DNA from: a virus
Taxonomy: Duplodnaviria; Caudoviricetes
IMG/VR virus record: IMGVR_UViG_3300031857_000001
DNA: 64,000 bases
Direction: 5' to 3' (one strand)
Each line of letters starts with the position of its first letter. Positions within the stretch are counted from its first letter, which is position 1. The translations under genes and the position numbers were made by a program. Below, piece after piece: positions 19,871 through 29,639 of the stretch. The notes under the pieces are model-generated. The model saw only the letters and a list, made by a program, of their open reading frames with translations. It did no database searches and was not told where the DNA came from.

Positions 19871-20210
19871 GATAGACTCAATTTTTAAATACTCAAGTGA
19901 TTGTACTGATGCTCTCTTATTATCAAGAGAAGCATTTTTTGGTTTATTTGATAATTACAAAGATTTGGAGGAAGAGGCCATGAATTCTGCATTAAAAAAT
20001 CAGAATTTAGAAAGTCAATTAGAGCAGGCTCAAGAAAAAATATCACAAGAACAAAAAAAGAAAGTTAGGTGGAAAAGAGCAACTGTTGGTACTAGTATTG
20101 TCGCAGTTGGAGCTGTGGCTGCGGTTGTTACAGGGGTATGGTTACCTGCTTTAGCAGTTGGTGCCGTAGTAGAATTGGGGTATATTTTAACACCTAAAAA
20201 GAATAAATAA
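19683..20210 (+). CDS. Signal-peptide protein with coiled coil and C-terminal hydrophobic segment; overlapping spanin-like partner
   Basis: Starts inside the previous gene in the +1 frame; signal peptide without lipobox Cys; C-terminal 'IVAVGAVAAVVTGVWLPALAVGAVV'. Confidence 0.55.
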   Translation: MRQILQKSLLLLVLMLTMIGINFGQTIRPKRIVFQGDTGIFLTKRQEGEVLKRLALRDSYKSEIDSIFKYSSDCTDALLLSREAFFGLFDNYKDLEEEAMNSALKNQNLESQLEQAQEKISQEQKKKVRWKRATVGTSIVAVGAVAAVVTGVWLPALAVGAVVELGYILTPKKNK

Positions 20211-20212
20211 TT

Positions 20213-20243
20213 TTTGTGGGATTAGAGTTTTGTCGTATATTTG
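20213..20243 (+). promoter_or_regulatory. Bacteroidota housekeeping sigma promoter
   Basis: TTTG (20213-16), 19-nt spacer, TATATTTG (20236-43), matching the TTTG-N19-21-TAnnTTTG consensus. Confidence 0.7.
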
Positions 20244-20261
20244 TACCACAAAACACCTAAT

Positions 20262-20684
20262 ATGTTAAAAAAGTTAATAATCCGCTACAAGTTATTCCTT
20301 AGAAAAATTAATAAATTTACTTCTATGGAATCTGAGTTATCAAAAGTTAACACAAGTCAATGTACCTTTATTTGTCGTAAATTAATTCATGACAAAAATT
20401 CAGAATTGTTGATTGCTCCAATCTCTGAAAAAATGTACATTAAAAATCAAGAATTAGGTATATTCATAACTAAAGACGGACATGAGGTAACAATTACTAA
20501 CCATACGTATAGTTATTTTATTAAACTCAGCCCAAATCAATCTGAAAAACTAAATAATTTCTTTTTTAAAGAAATGGAAATTAGGGCTAAGATTATGGAA
20601 CGTGAGCTTGAGGGTCAAATTAAACACTCTTTAGATAAGATATTCACAACTATAAGTTCATACGAATCAGAGACCGTTGTTTAA
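20262..20684 (+). CDS. Hypothetical protein
   Basis: ATG at 20262 is preferred over the TTG at 20241, which lies inside the promoter element. Confidence 0.7.
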   Translation: MLKKLIIRYKLFLRKINKFTSMESELSKVNTSQCTFICRKLIHDKNSELLIAPISEKMYIKNQELGIFITKDGHEVTITNHTYSYFIKLSPNQSEKLNNFFFKEMEIRAKIMERELEGQIKHSLDKIFTTISSYESETVV

Positions 20685-21386
20685 AACTGTGTCGATAAGT
20701 CTCTTTATTTGACTCTCAGTAAGTTTAATCTGTTCGTTTTGTTTTTTTGGTTTGTATGAAACCATAGTTGGTGAATTACCCGTTCCTGATTTTGGGTTAC
20801 TTTTTTCAGCTCTTCTTTTTTGTTGGCAGGCGGCTCTTTTTTGAGCGTCTGTCATTTTGGAGGCAACACCTGCTGCTCTACATTTAGGATAACCTTTTGA
20901 ATCCGCCTCAGGTCTACCACAAGGAGGATGACCACCACCTTCTTTTTTTCTACATATATTAACCCATGGACCTTTTGGTTGTTTACTTCCCTTAGGTTTC
21001 TTTTTAGTACCAAACCAAACACCTAAATCCTCTAATACAGTACTTTCAGTAATCTCAATCCATTCATTAAGTTTACCAGGTGTTGGATTGATTATATCAC
21101 CGTCATCGTCACTAATTGTTGGATGATTTTTTTTATAGTTCGATATTTTATTGGATTTTTTTTCCATTTTTTTAATCTTTTTTTTAGGTTCGTCCATGTG
21201 TCCGTCTAAACTATCGTAGTTTAATTCGGCATTATTATATTTTGATACTTGAATTGAAAATGGAGATAATTGATTTTTATCAAATTTTTTTAATCCTGGT
21301 TGTATAGGAAGACTATAAGAACCTCTACTACCATTTTCAGAAGTGGCTTCGGTTAGGTATTGTATAATTTTATTTTTTAAATCCAT
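20667..21386 (-). CDS. Basic hypothetical protein ('PWVNIC...PPCGR...YPKCR' domain)
   Basis: ATG at 21386; upstream GATATTTATA on the minus strand (21415-21424). Confidence 0.7.
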   Translation of the reverse strand: MDLKNKIIQYLTEATSENGSRGSYSLPIQPGLKKFDKNQLSPFSIQVSKYNNAELNYDSLDGHMDEPKKKIKKMEKKSNKISNYKKNHPTISDDDGDIINPTPGKLNEWIEITESTVLEDLGVWFGTKKKPKGSKQPKGPWVNICRKKEGGGHPPCGRPEADSKGYPKCRAAGVASKMTDAQKRAACQQKRRAEKSNPKSGTGNSPTMVSYKPKKQNEQIKLTESQIKRLIDTVLNNGL

Positions 21387-21437
21387 TAACAAAGTCTTTT
21401 TTATTGACTATAATTATAAATATCTAATTACGGTAAA

Positions 21438-21677
21438 ATGGAAAATATCGAAAACAAAGAATTCGGCAAATTATTTAACTCAGTTTCATTAATAAGTGAA
21501 GAACATTTGGAGTTAATATTAACAACAATGTCTCAAAAAGAATCGATTTATTTATTGGTGCAAGCTGTTAAGCACGCTCATCATTTGGGTACTTATTCTA
21601 TCGGAGAAACTGAGGTAATATCTAAAGCAATCAGAGTTATCTCTAAAATAACCGATGATGAACCAAATAATATTTAA
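21438..21677 (+). CDS. Small hypothetical protein
   Basis: 79-aa ORF filling the gap between minus-strand genes. Confidence 0.6.
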   Translation: MENIENKEFGKLFNSVSLISEEHLELILTTMSQKESIYLLVQAVKHAHHLGTYSIGETEVISKAIRVISKITDDEPNNI

Positions 21678-21679
21678 AT

Positions 21680-22348
21680 TTAAGCAGTAGTTGTATTAGT
21701 TGTCTGAGTACTACCTGTTACCGGTGTTGTTTGTTTCGCGGGAAACGCACTACAACCTTCAAATACAGACTCGTCTCTAACAATAAATCCGTCAGTTATA
21801 CATCTTCTTAAAGCGTTACATAAATCTTGACTTGCAACACCTTCTTTAAACGGATTTAGAGGAGTTACCGCTCTACCAATTGTCCTACACATTTCTTTAG
21901 TTAATTTGGCCTGAGTCTTTGCCCTTTCCGCTTCCATTTTGGCTTGAGTTATTGCTAAATCCGCCAGTTCTTTTGTTTTAATATCAGCAGTTAATTGAGC
22001 TAAAGTTGAGGCGATTTTTAACTCAGGTTTTGGTGCTTCAGGTGATGAGAGTTGAGTAACTTCTTTACTTTTAATCGGAGCCAAATTAGCCGCGGCATCC
22101 TTCATTTGTTTTCTATTTTCAATTTCACCAATAGCTTGAGTAATAGCCGAATAAGTCATTTTACCAAATTTATTATCAGCACCAGTTTTACCTAACATAT
22201 CACCATAACCCAATTTAACTAATTTGTTTTGAATATCTTGTAATGTTACTGGTTTTTCGGCCGCTTGTTCTAAAACAATATTTTTTTGAGAGTATAAACT
22301 CACTATTTCATTTTTATCTTCTTCTGTTAAAATAAATCTTTTGTTCAT
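21680..22348 (-). CDS. Protein with peptidoglycan-binding-like (PG_binding_1) motif
   Basis: 'LQDIQNKLVKLGY...GADNKFGKMTYSAI'; leader 'MNKRFILTEEDKNEI'. Confidence 0.6.
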   Translation of the reverse strand: MNKRFILTEEDKNEIVSLYSQKNIVLEQAAEKPVTLQDIQNKLVKLGYGDMLGKTGADNKFGKMTYSAITQAIGEIENRKQMKDAAANLAPIKSKEVTQLSSPEAPKPELKIASTLAQLTADIKTKELADLAITQAKMEAERAKTQAKLTKEMCRTIGRAVTPLNPFKEGVASQDLCNALRRCITDGFIVRDESVFEGCSAFPAKQTTPVTGSTQTTNTTTA

Positions 22349-22358
22349 TTTTTTTATA

Positions 22359-23231
22359 TTATTGAGAGAGTTTATCCATTATCGCCTTTAACGTTTTTGG
22401 TCCTAAAATTCCATCATCTTTAACTCCTACCTTAGTTTGTAAATCTTTAATTCTTGTAACATTTGGATTTTCTTGGCCACCACTAACTACTGGTTCTGGT
22501 TTAGGTTGGACGGTTTGTAAAAATATTTTATCCTGACAACTCCAACTAGATTTTGTACCATCAGGAGATACTTTAGTACCGTCATTATAATACCAATAAT
22601 CACCAACAACATAAGCTACTTTTTCCTTATTATTACCATAATAGACTACCTCAGCTAACGGGTATTCGGTTATACAAGGATAATTTTCCTTGAATTTTTT
22701 TAATTCTGAATTTTGTTTATAAATTACATCTTCTGAAGACTTTTTAGTAGTCTTCCAAGAGTCCCATGTTCTCACAATTTCGCCGTCACGACCCCTCACT
22801 GAAATCCATTCGTTGAAAACTTTTACAGTTGTCAACCACTCTTGAATTTGAGTTTTTAACGAATTACTTTGATTAAATTTTCCTCTGAATTCTCTACCAT
22901 CAGACATTTTTATTGTTATTGTTTTTTGGTCGGTAGACCAACTTCCGGTAACAATTTTATTTTTATAATCATTTTCAACTTTAAAATCAATATAACCATT
23001 TGGGCACACATTACAAATTAAATTATCATATTGTGGACCGTCAAAAATCATAATTTCAACACATCGATTTTCGAGAATTTCTTTTTTTCCTAAACCTATA
23101 GAATCAGCTACTTTAAAAGCGTCCCCTTCCGAGGTTTGTTCATTAATTAAATAATGGTTTTTTGTTGCCGATTCATGAAGACCGAGTATTCTATTTTTCT
23201 CTTCTTCAGTTAATACAAATAAATTTTTCAT
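22359..23231 (-). CDS. Protein with C-terminal peptidoglycan-binding-like motif
   Basis: 'IKDLQTKVGVKDDGILGPKTLKAI'. Start reassigned to ATG 23231 (MKNLFVLTEEE), downstream of the motif at 23246-23255. Confidence 0.6.
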   Translation of the reverse strand: MKNLFVLTEEEKNRILGLHESATKNHYLINEQTSEGDAFKVADSIGLGKKEILENRCVEIMIFDGPQYDNLICNVCPNGYIDFKVENDYKNKIVTGSWSTDQKTITIKMSDGREFRGKFNQSNSLKTQIQEWLTTVKVFNEWISVRGRDGEIVRTWDSWKTTKKSSEDVIYKQNSELKKFKENYPCITEYPLAEVVYYGNNKEKVAYVVGDYWYYNDGTKVSPDGTKSSWSCQDKIFLQTVQPKPEPVVSGGQENPNVTRIKDLQTKVGVKDDGILGPKTLKAIMDKLSQ

Positions 23232-23253
23232 GAAAAATATTTTATTATAAATA

Positions 23254-24717
23254 TCATAAATCCTCAAAATATTTCAAATTGACTATTTGAAATTTTATGG
23301 TTCTTTTATATGTATTTATTTCCCCACTACTTTCAACTTTCATATCGATATAATATTCATTTGGTATTTTATCACGAGTATCAAATATGAAATAATATTC
23401 GTTTGGGGTTCTATTTAATTTTGTCCAATCCTGTACTTGAACTTCTGTTTGACCTTCTCTAACATATACTCTATAAAAAGCGTCAACATTAGGTAATAGT
23501 TTTTGAGTGGTATAGGCTTGTTTTATTATAACACCTACTTTTCTAATATCGGTGTTATAAATCTTTTCATCTTGTTTTAATCCATAGAAATCAAATCCGT
23601 ATAATTTAGGGTCTTGAGATTTTGGTCCGATTTGGATTGATTTTTTCATCGGATACACCGAAAAAGTGTTGGTTACATCACCAATATCAAATCCATTTAA
23701 AATTAGATTTGTCCATTTGTCAGTAAACATACATGGAGTTTTATATCCCGCCAAAGGAGGTAATGTGATTTCGTAAACACCCTTGGTTCTTCTACATGAA
23801 GTTAAACCTGTTAATCCGACAATACCTCTCCCATAAGCGTCCAAAATTGACACAGTTGGATTCACATCCAAATTTATTGGGTTTCCATTATCGAATAGAT
23901 AAAGGTATAGTTTATTAACTTTACCTAACACAAATTCATTCCTATCGTCTTCGATTAAATCATCATATGTTGTTTCCAAAAATGGTTCGTAAAAAGTTTG
24001 GGTGTGTCTTGTAAAAAATTGAGTTTCGTAAGCTTCAGTTAATCCTGCTAAATTCTCAATTTCAGGTACATATGCAATTCCCCATCCTGAAACACCACTC
24101 AACGAACCATTTAAAATTGAATTAATTTCATTGGTCATATCAAAACTAATGTTTTCATTACCAAATTGAAAATGTTGTGTGTCAATAATGGTTAAACCAC
24201 TGTAATTAACAAACCCCTGATTTTTGTTATTATAAAGTCCTGGTTCAGACCATAAATCAATAGTAGTTCTTTGATACCAATTAGTAGGTCTTACTGAGTA
24301 AGATTCGTCAAATTCACTAAATTCGTAAACCAAATCCCCGTAATCATATCCAACACCCTCATCCCAAATTTGGTTTGTTGGTATTCTAAATAATATTAAA
24401 TCAAATGACGTTGCTCTTTTTCTGTTTTGTGATGTGTTTTGGTTTAATAAGTCATCACCACCAAAAAAACCTGTGTTTGTCATTCTTAAAACATGTCTAA
24501 CACTATCATTACAATCTAATGTAATGGTCCCATAGTCGACTTTTTCCGTTAATAAAGAAAGGTCTAAATCGAAAATGAAACGACTAAATCCTTCAGGATA
24601 TTGACTAATGGTGGTTGACCCATAAAATAGTTCTGTAACAGGATTTCTTCCCGTGTTTACATAACTTCTATATATGATGGTGTCGTTTTTACTGAAATAA
24701 GAGTTATTTATTGACAT
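23254..24717 (-). CDS. Putative virion structural protein
   Basis: 487 aa, beta-rich, adjacent to the gp5-like gene, with TATTTAT upstream (24733-39). Confidence 0.5.
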   Translation of the reverse strand: MSINNSYFSKNDTIIYRSYVNTGRNPVTELFYGSTTISQYPEGFSRFIFDLDLSLLTEKVDYGTITLDCNDSVRHVLRMTNTGFFGGDDLLNQNTSQNRKRATSFDLILFRIPTNQIWDEGVGYDYGDLVYEFSEFDESYSVRPTNWYQRTTIDLWSEPGLYNNKNQGFVNYSGLTIIDTQHFQFGNENISFDMTNEINSILNGSLSGVSGWGIAYVPEIENLAGLTEAYETQFFTRHTQTFYEPFLETTYDDLIEDDRNEFVLGKVNKLYLYLFDNGNPINLDVNPTVSILDAYGRGIVGLTGLTSCRRTKGVYEITLPPLAGYKTPCMFTDKWTNLILNGFDIGDVTNTFSVYPMKKSIQIGPKSQDPKLYGFDFYGLKQDEKIYNTDIRKVGVIIKQAYTTQKLLPNVDAFYRVYVREGQTEVQVQDWTKLNRTPNEYYFIFDTRDKIPNEYYIDMKVESSGEINTYKRTIKFQIVNLKYFEDL

Positions 24718-24739
24718 TAAAATGTTTTATCAATAAATA

Positions 24740-26353
24740 TCAATTGATTCTGATTTCTTGATTCAGAATAGTATTTTCAGCGTCGGCAAGTAATTGGTCT
24801 ATTTCTAAAGTTGTCTGACCGTTACCTGATGAAACAGGAACTGGAGGACTTGGAGCAACTGGATGAACGTGACCTTTAACAAATTCAAATATCTTTCTAA
24901 GTAGTTTGATTAATTCATCACCTCTAACTGTTGGGTATGTTTTTTCTTGAATTCCGCCAGGTTTAGTGAATTCAATATCAGGTATACCGTATATTGTATT
25001 TGTTAAATCAATTCTTCCCTTAGGACCTGTAATATTGTGAGATAATAAATATAATTTTTGCCCGCCTAATACGGAATAAGTAACCGGACTAGAAAAAACA
25101 TCAATTTTAGTATCTTGTCTCCTGTTAGTTTTAGTAGAAGGTCCTATTGTAGGTATATTATTTGTGTTATTAGAAACTACAAAACAACCGGTTTGAAAAT
25201 TGTTTGATTTGACCTTTATACCTTTTTGTAATTTGAAATAATTAACACTTTCTTGAACGTCACTTGGGTCGACATGTTCTGATAATGTTAGACCTTCTTG
25301 ATATGTAATTTTAGATGGTGAAACTGCAAATGGAAACCTATCGGCATCTTGGAAATTAGACCTACTATTCACAACACTATCATTATATAATACAGTACCA
25401 TCAAATACACTATCGATAAATGTATTAAATGTATAAATTACTTCCTCAATTGTTTTATTTGAAAATCTAATACCCTCTATTTCATTTCCGTAATCGGTCC
25501 CCGAAGTTAAAGTACTAATTGACCCCAATTTAAAATTATCAGTGGTCGCACTTGTAGTCTCTAACATTCTATGGAGTGTTATACTACCTGAAAAATTATT
25601 GGCCGAGTTTCCTAATACACCACTATCAATATTCCAAATTATAATTCTTTTTAATTTAGTTATAACTTTACTAACATCAAAGTTGGTTTCAGTTTCTCCT
25701 TGGACCGTGGACGATAAAAAATTAGATAATTGCAAAAAAGCCCTACTAGTTTTTGATTTAGGATAATCTTGGGGAGTTAAATCACTAGTTACTGTTTTAC
25801 CCGCCCTTATTAGAACTTCTTCAGGTTTAACAATAACATCGGCACTACCTCTACCTAACAGAGCGTTATCACCCGGCTCGGGAAATATTCCAGAACTAAC
25901 ATCATCGTTATATACATTAAAATTATCTTTTAAATTTATACCTAATTTATATCTATCACCAGCCGATAAAATAGATTCAGATGACGGTCTCGTTTCAAAA
26001 TCAGAATTCATCGGGGACGAGAAAGGCCCTTGGATATAGAACTGATTACCAAACAAAAACTTTTTATTTTGATAAATTATATGGACATATTCCCCTTCAT
26101 CAGGGACTTGACTTATATAAAAAGGTAATAAAGGTAGAAATACAAAAATATCATTCTCACCCCACCAAAATTCTGGTTTTAAATCCCTTTCATCATCACG
26201 TAAATATGTTTTGTTAACAGATTTCAACATCTCAGAAACATACTCACTATAAATAGGTTTCGCTCTAACCCTACCTAACATTTTAGGGTCATATCTACTT
26301 ATTACTTCACCAGGAAATATTATTTGATGTTCATTATTTTTATTTATGTTCAT
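24740..26353 (-). CDS. Baseplate hub/spike protein, gp5-like
   Basis: N-terminal OB-fold-like 'GEVISRYDPKMLGRVRA...PLLP...VPDEGEYVHII' and C-terminal HxH 'GHVHP'. Confidence 0.65.
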   Translation of the reverse strand: MNINKNNEHQIIFPGEVISRYDPKMLGRVRAKPIYSEYVSEMLKSVNKTYLRDDERDLKPEFWWGENDIFVFLPLLPFYISQVPDEGEYVHIIYQNKKFLFGNQFYIQGPFSSPMNSDFETRPSSESILSAGDRYKLGINLKDNFNVYNDDVSSGIFPEPGDNALLGRGSADVIVKPEEVLIRAGKTVTSDLTPQDYPKSKTSRAFLQLSNFLSSTVQGETETNFDVSKVITKLKRIIIWNIDSGVLGNSANNFSGSITLHRMLETTSATTDNFKLGSISTLTSGTDYGNEIEGIRFSNKTIEEVIYTFNTFIDSVFDGTVLYNDSVVNSRSNFQDADRFPFAVSPSKITYQEGLTLSEHVDPSDVQESVNYFKLQKGIKVKSNNFQTGCFVVSNNTNNIPTIGPSTKTNRRQDTKIDVFSSPVTYSVLGGQKLYLLSHNITGPKGRIDLTNTIYGIPDIEFTKPGGIQEKTYPTVRGDELIKLLRKIFEFVKGHVHPVAPSPPVPVSSGNGQTTLEIDQLLADAENTILNQEIRIN

Positions 26354-26565
26354 TTTGTTTTGGTTCTATCTTGATATTCTGATAAAAGTTTGTTGTATAA
26401 AACTTCTAATTTATCTAAATGATTAGTTAAATCAATAATTCTTTCTTTAGTAAAATTAAAGTCTTTTTGAATAAAATCCATCGCAAAAGTTAAATCCTTA
26501 TTTGACGATGATTTATATTCTTTTATTATCCTACTAGTTTTTTCCGAATCTTTTATATCAATCAT
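26350..26565 (-). CDS. Small helical hypothetical protein
   Basis: 4-nt overlap coupling with the downstream gene. Confidence 0.65.
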   Translation of the reverse strand: MIDIKDSEKTSRIIKEYKSSSNKDLTFAMDFIQKDFNFTKERIIDLTNHLDKLEVLYNKLLSEYQDRTKTK

Positions 26566-26567
26566 AG

Positions 26568-28481
26568 TTATATTTTTTTACCAAATGCGGATGATGGAAC
26601 AGTTAATCCGGCCGGAGTTATTGCCAAAGAACCTATTGCTATTTGAACTTTACCATTTTCTGCCTCCTCAACTGACATGGCTTTCATTTGACCCAACATA
26701 CTTAAAACGGTTAGATTAGGACTACCATCAGGCATGGGACCAGTGGGTATCCCTAACTTTTGTAACTCCTCTATAGTTCCGATAAAGGCTCTTGTTGCCG
26801 AATAACCATCCAAAAGTCTACTAGCAAGTGCTAATGGTAAAGGAATTTCCCCACCCCATCCGGTTGTTGCTATTTGTAATAAACTAAGTAATTCATCAAC
26901 AACACTTTTACATTCTCTCCAATCCCTAATAAATTGAGCGACTACTATTAATAATTGAATCAATTTCAAAATCATTATAATTCTTTTATCCGCCTTTTCT
27001 TTGGCTAAATCCAAAATAATTTGTTGAATTAAATTTTTAATATCTTTTTTAATTATATTAAATAATTCTTTCACAAAAATGGCACCTACCTTTGAAATAA
27101 AATCGATTGCTCTACTTTTAAATTCTCTTAAAAAGTCCATCAGACTATTAATTTTATCATCAATATTATTACCTATTGATTTTAACATTATCATGATTGG
27201 GAGTAATATTTTTGGTACCATCATCCCTGAAACTAATCCTTGAGATATTAGTTGAATAAAATTAAGATTAACAGACGCTTGAATATCTCCCCTCAATCCA
27301 ATTTTTGTCCATTCAGGGTTATTAATTAAAGAATCGGTAATATTACTGGAAGCCTCTACTAAATCATCATCAGGTATGAAATTTAATTGGTCTAATGAAT
27401 CAATAATAGATGAAGCGTCCACTGGAAGTTTTACCTCAGTACAATCCAAATACTCAACAACTCCCTTTTTAACATTTTCAACCTCTTGTTCAATAGTCCT
27501 TAAATCTAAGTCAGTAAATTCAAAAAAAGATTCATCAATATTATCTAACTCACCTATTTTCGCAATTCCGCTAACATCAATCTGTTGTTTATTATCAAAA
27601 CATAACCCCAAAATCCTTTGTAATATTTTCTCGAATTTTTTTTGGTCAGTTACTTCAACAATACCGATATCGGCTTTAATACTTACGGCACCACTTAGTG
27701 AATTCATAATTTGAGCCATAGTTACATTAAAGTCAAAAATTTTAATAGACTGATAATAATCAACCATAAATTCTTTAACTTTATTTATTGATAGATTTCT
27801 ATCCTGTAAACTAACTTTAAAATATGGACCCGTCTCACCTATGGCATTAGTCTCAACATATTGAATATCAAATAAATCCTGGCCAGATGACCCTTTATAA
27901 TATGTACCATAGTCACCAAAATATGAAGACGAGCTTTGGATTCTATTCCAAAGTTCACGATTCATAGAAAATGGATATAACTGAGGAGCACTTGCCGGCT
28001 CTCTTTCATATAAAATTTTACCAGGTTTTTCTAATGGACTATAATTAAGTAAGATTTTACCAATGTCGACTGATTTAACCTTTATGTATATATCTTGAGG
28101 TGTGTATTCTTGGTCTTGGTTACATCCAACCATATTAAAACTCTCTTCCAAAAGTAACTCTTTGATTTGAGGTTCACAATTTTTTAAAGTCCTAATTAAT
28201 TGTTTTTTTAAATAATTAATTGTGTTTGACCCATATGGTGACGACAAATTATTTATGTCTAAGAGTTGAGAAAATTGGTTTTTTACTTCTCTTTGATATC
28301 GGTTAACTTGTTTTTTTACATCATTTAAAGAAGTTGTGACATCTGACTTATTTTGTTCAAAACTATCTCCTACCTTTTTTGTTAACTTATCATAATCACC
28401 CTTTAATGAGTTATACGATTTATTAGCCTTGATTTTATCTTGAACCTTTTTATAGTCAACACTTACATCAACTGACGCCAT
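26568..28481 (-). CDS. Large hypothetical protein
   Basis: 637-aa ORF in a co-directional, tightly packed run. Confidence 0.75.
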   Translation of the reverse strand: MASVDVSVDYKKVQDKIKANKSYNSLKGDYDKLTKKVGDSFEQNKSDVTTSLNDVKKQVNRYQREVKNQFSQLLDINNLSSPYGSNTINYLKKQLIRTLKNCEPQIKELLLEESFNMVGCNQDQEYTPQDIYIKVKSVDIGKILLNYSPLEKPGKILYEREPASAPQLYPFSMNRELWNRIQSSSSYFGDYGTYYKGSSGQDLFDIQYVETNAIGETGPYFKVSLQDRNLSINKVKEFMVDYYQSIKIFDFNVTMAQIMNSLSGAVSIKADIGIVEVTDQKKFEKILQRILGLCFDNKQQIDVSGIAKIGELDNIDESFFEFTDLDLRTIEQEVENVKKGVVEYLDCTEVKLPVDASSIIDSLDQLNFIPDDDLVEASSNITDSLINNPEWTKIGLRGDIQASVNLNFIQLISQGLVSGMMVPKILLPIMIMLKSIGNNIDDKINSLMDFLREFKSRAIDFISKVGAIFVKELFNIIKKDIKNLIQQIILDLAKEKADKRIIMILKLIQLLIVVAQFIRDWRECKSVVDELLSLLQIATTGWGGEIPLPLALASRLLDGYSATRAFIGTIEELQKLGIPTGPMPDGSPNLTVLSMLGQMKAMSVEEAENGKVQIAIGSLAITPAGLTVPSSAFGKKI

Positions 28482-28486
28482 AATTA

Positions 28487-28861
28487 TTATTTTTTCATTT
28501 TATATGATTCATCCATTTTGGATAAATCTTTCTCCATTAGACTTTGAATTACTTCATCATCAACATTTAAGTCAGACAGTGTAAATGATTCTTTAGACGA
28601 ATTACTTTTTTCCCAAATACTAGATTGGAGTTTTGATAAACTTAATTTTTTCTCAACACAATCATTTATGATTTTTTGTTGTTCTTTGATGATAGGACCA
28701 AGAACTGTCATGTCCTCGGTCTCTTTCATTAACGAAAGCATTTTGTTTTGAATCCTAATTGCGGTATTTCTTTGTTCAACTAATTCATTGTAGATTTCCT
28801 GCATAAGAGCAAGTATCGACTCTTGAGTTAGATTAATTTCTTTTTTTTGTGGTCTGGCCAT
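28487..28861 (-). CDS. Coiled-coil hypothetical protein
   Basis: 124 aa; GATATTTAT lies 4 nt upstream of the ATG. Confidence 0.7.
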   Translation of the reverse strand: MARPQKKEINLTQESILALMQEIYNELVEQRNTAIRIQNKMLSLMKETEDMTVLGPIIKEQQKIINDCVEKKLSLSKLQSSIWEKSNSSKESFTLSDLNVDDEVIQSLMEKDLSKMDESYKMKK

Positions 28862-28886
28862 AATAATAAATATCTAAACGCATTTT

Positions 28887-29639
28887 TTATTTTAACATAC
28901 CTTGGACCAACCCATAATAGATAACTTTATATTTTTTCATAGAGCTTCTAATTTCTTTAGTACTCAAATTAGTCATTTCTCTCAGAGATAATAAAATAAT
29001 ATTTTTATTAAACTTATTATTTGAAGTCCCTATAAATATGTCATCATAATTTTGAAAAATTTCATATAAAGCCTGTCCTAGTTTTAACTCATTTTCGTTT
29101 AATGTATCATCCTCCATTAATAACTCTATTTGAATTATAAAATTTTTAATAATTGATTCAGAATCTAGTGAATCGTTATCAATACTGTATGAAAAATCCG
29201 GATTATTTTCCAAATCAGTTGAGATGTCTTCATAAGATATTTTTCTGTTCATATCTTTTTGGTCTTTTATAATTTGACCCATAAGATAATTTTTACAGAT
29301 TGTACCAAAATACGAATAAGCCTTCTTTTCTTTAGCCGGCTTAAACTTATCTATTTTGGTCATTAAAAACGAGTGAGTGTCTATATGAATTTCGTTAAAA
29401 TCCATATCTTTTCTATATAGCTTATATCTTCTTATTATAGAAGATATCATCTTATCTAAAGGTTTTCTTAGGTAGTCGTTGTATATTTTGTTTTTTTCTT
29501 CAAAAGTACTGGCCGATAAGAATCTTATAACGGCCATTTCTTCTCTTACATCGAAATAATTTGCTTGTTTTGGTTTTCTTCCTTTCTTCTTTAACTCAAC
29601 ATTTGTATCACCACTTCCGTTGAATTCTTCAATCATCAA
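28887..29639 (-). CDS. gp55: T4 gp55-like sigma factor for late transcription
   Basis: Region-2-like 'KIDKFKPAKEKKAYSYFGTICKNYL', similar to the gp55-family 'KFDP...AFSYFT' pattern. Confidence 0.65.
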   Translation of the reverse strand: MMIEEFNGSGDTNVELKKKGRKPKQANYFDVREEMAVIRFLSASTFEEKNKIYNDYLRKPLDKMISSIIRRYKLYRKDMDFNEIHIDTHSFLMTKIDKFKPAKEKKAYSYFGTICKNYLMGQIIKDQKDMNRKISYEDISTDLENNPDFSYSIDNDSLDSESIIKNFIIQIELLMEDDTLNENELKLGQALYEIFQNYDDIFIGTSNNKFNKNIILLSLREMTNLSTKEIRSSMKKYKVIYYGLVQGMLK

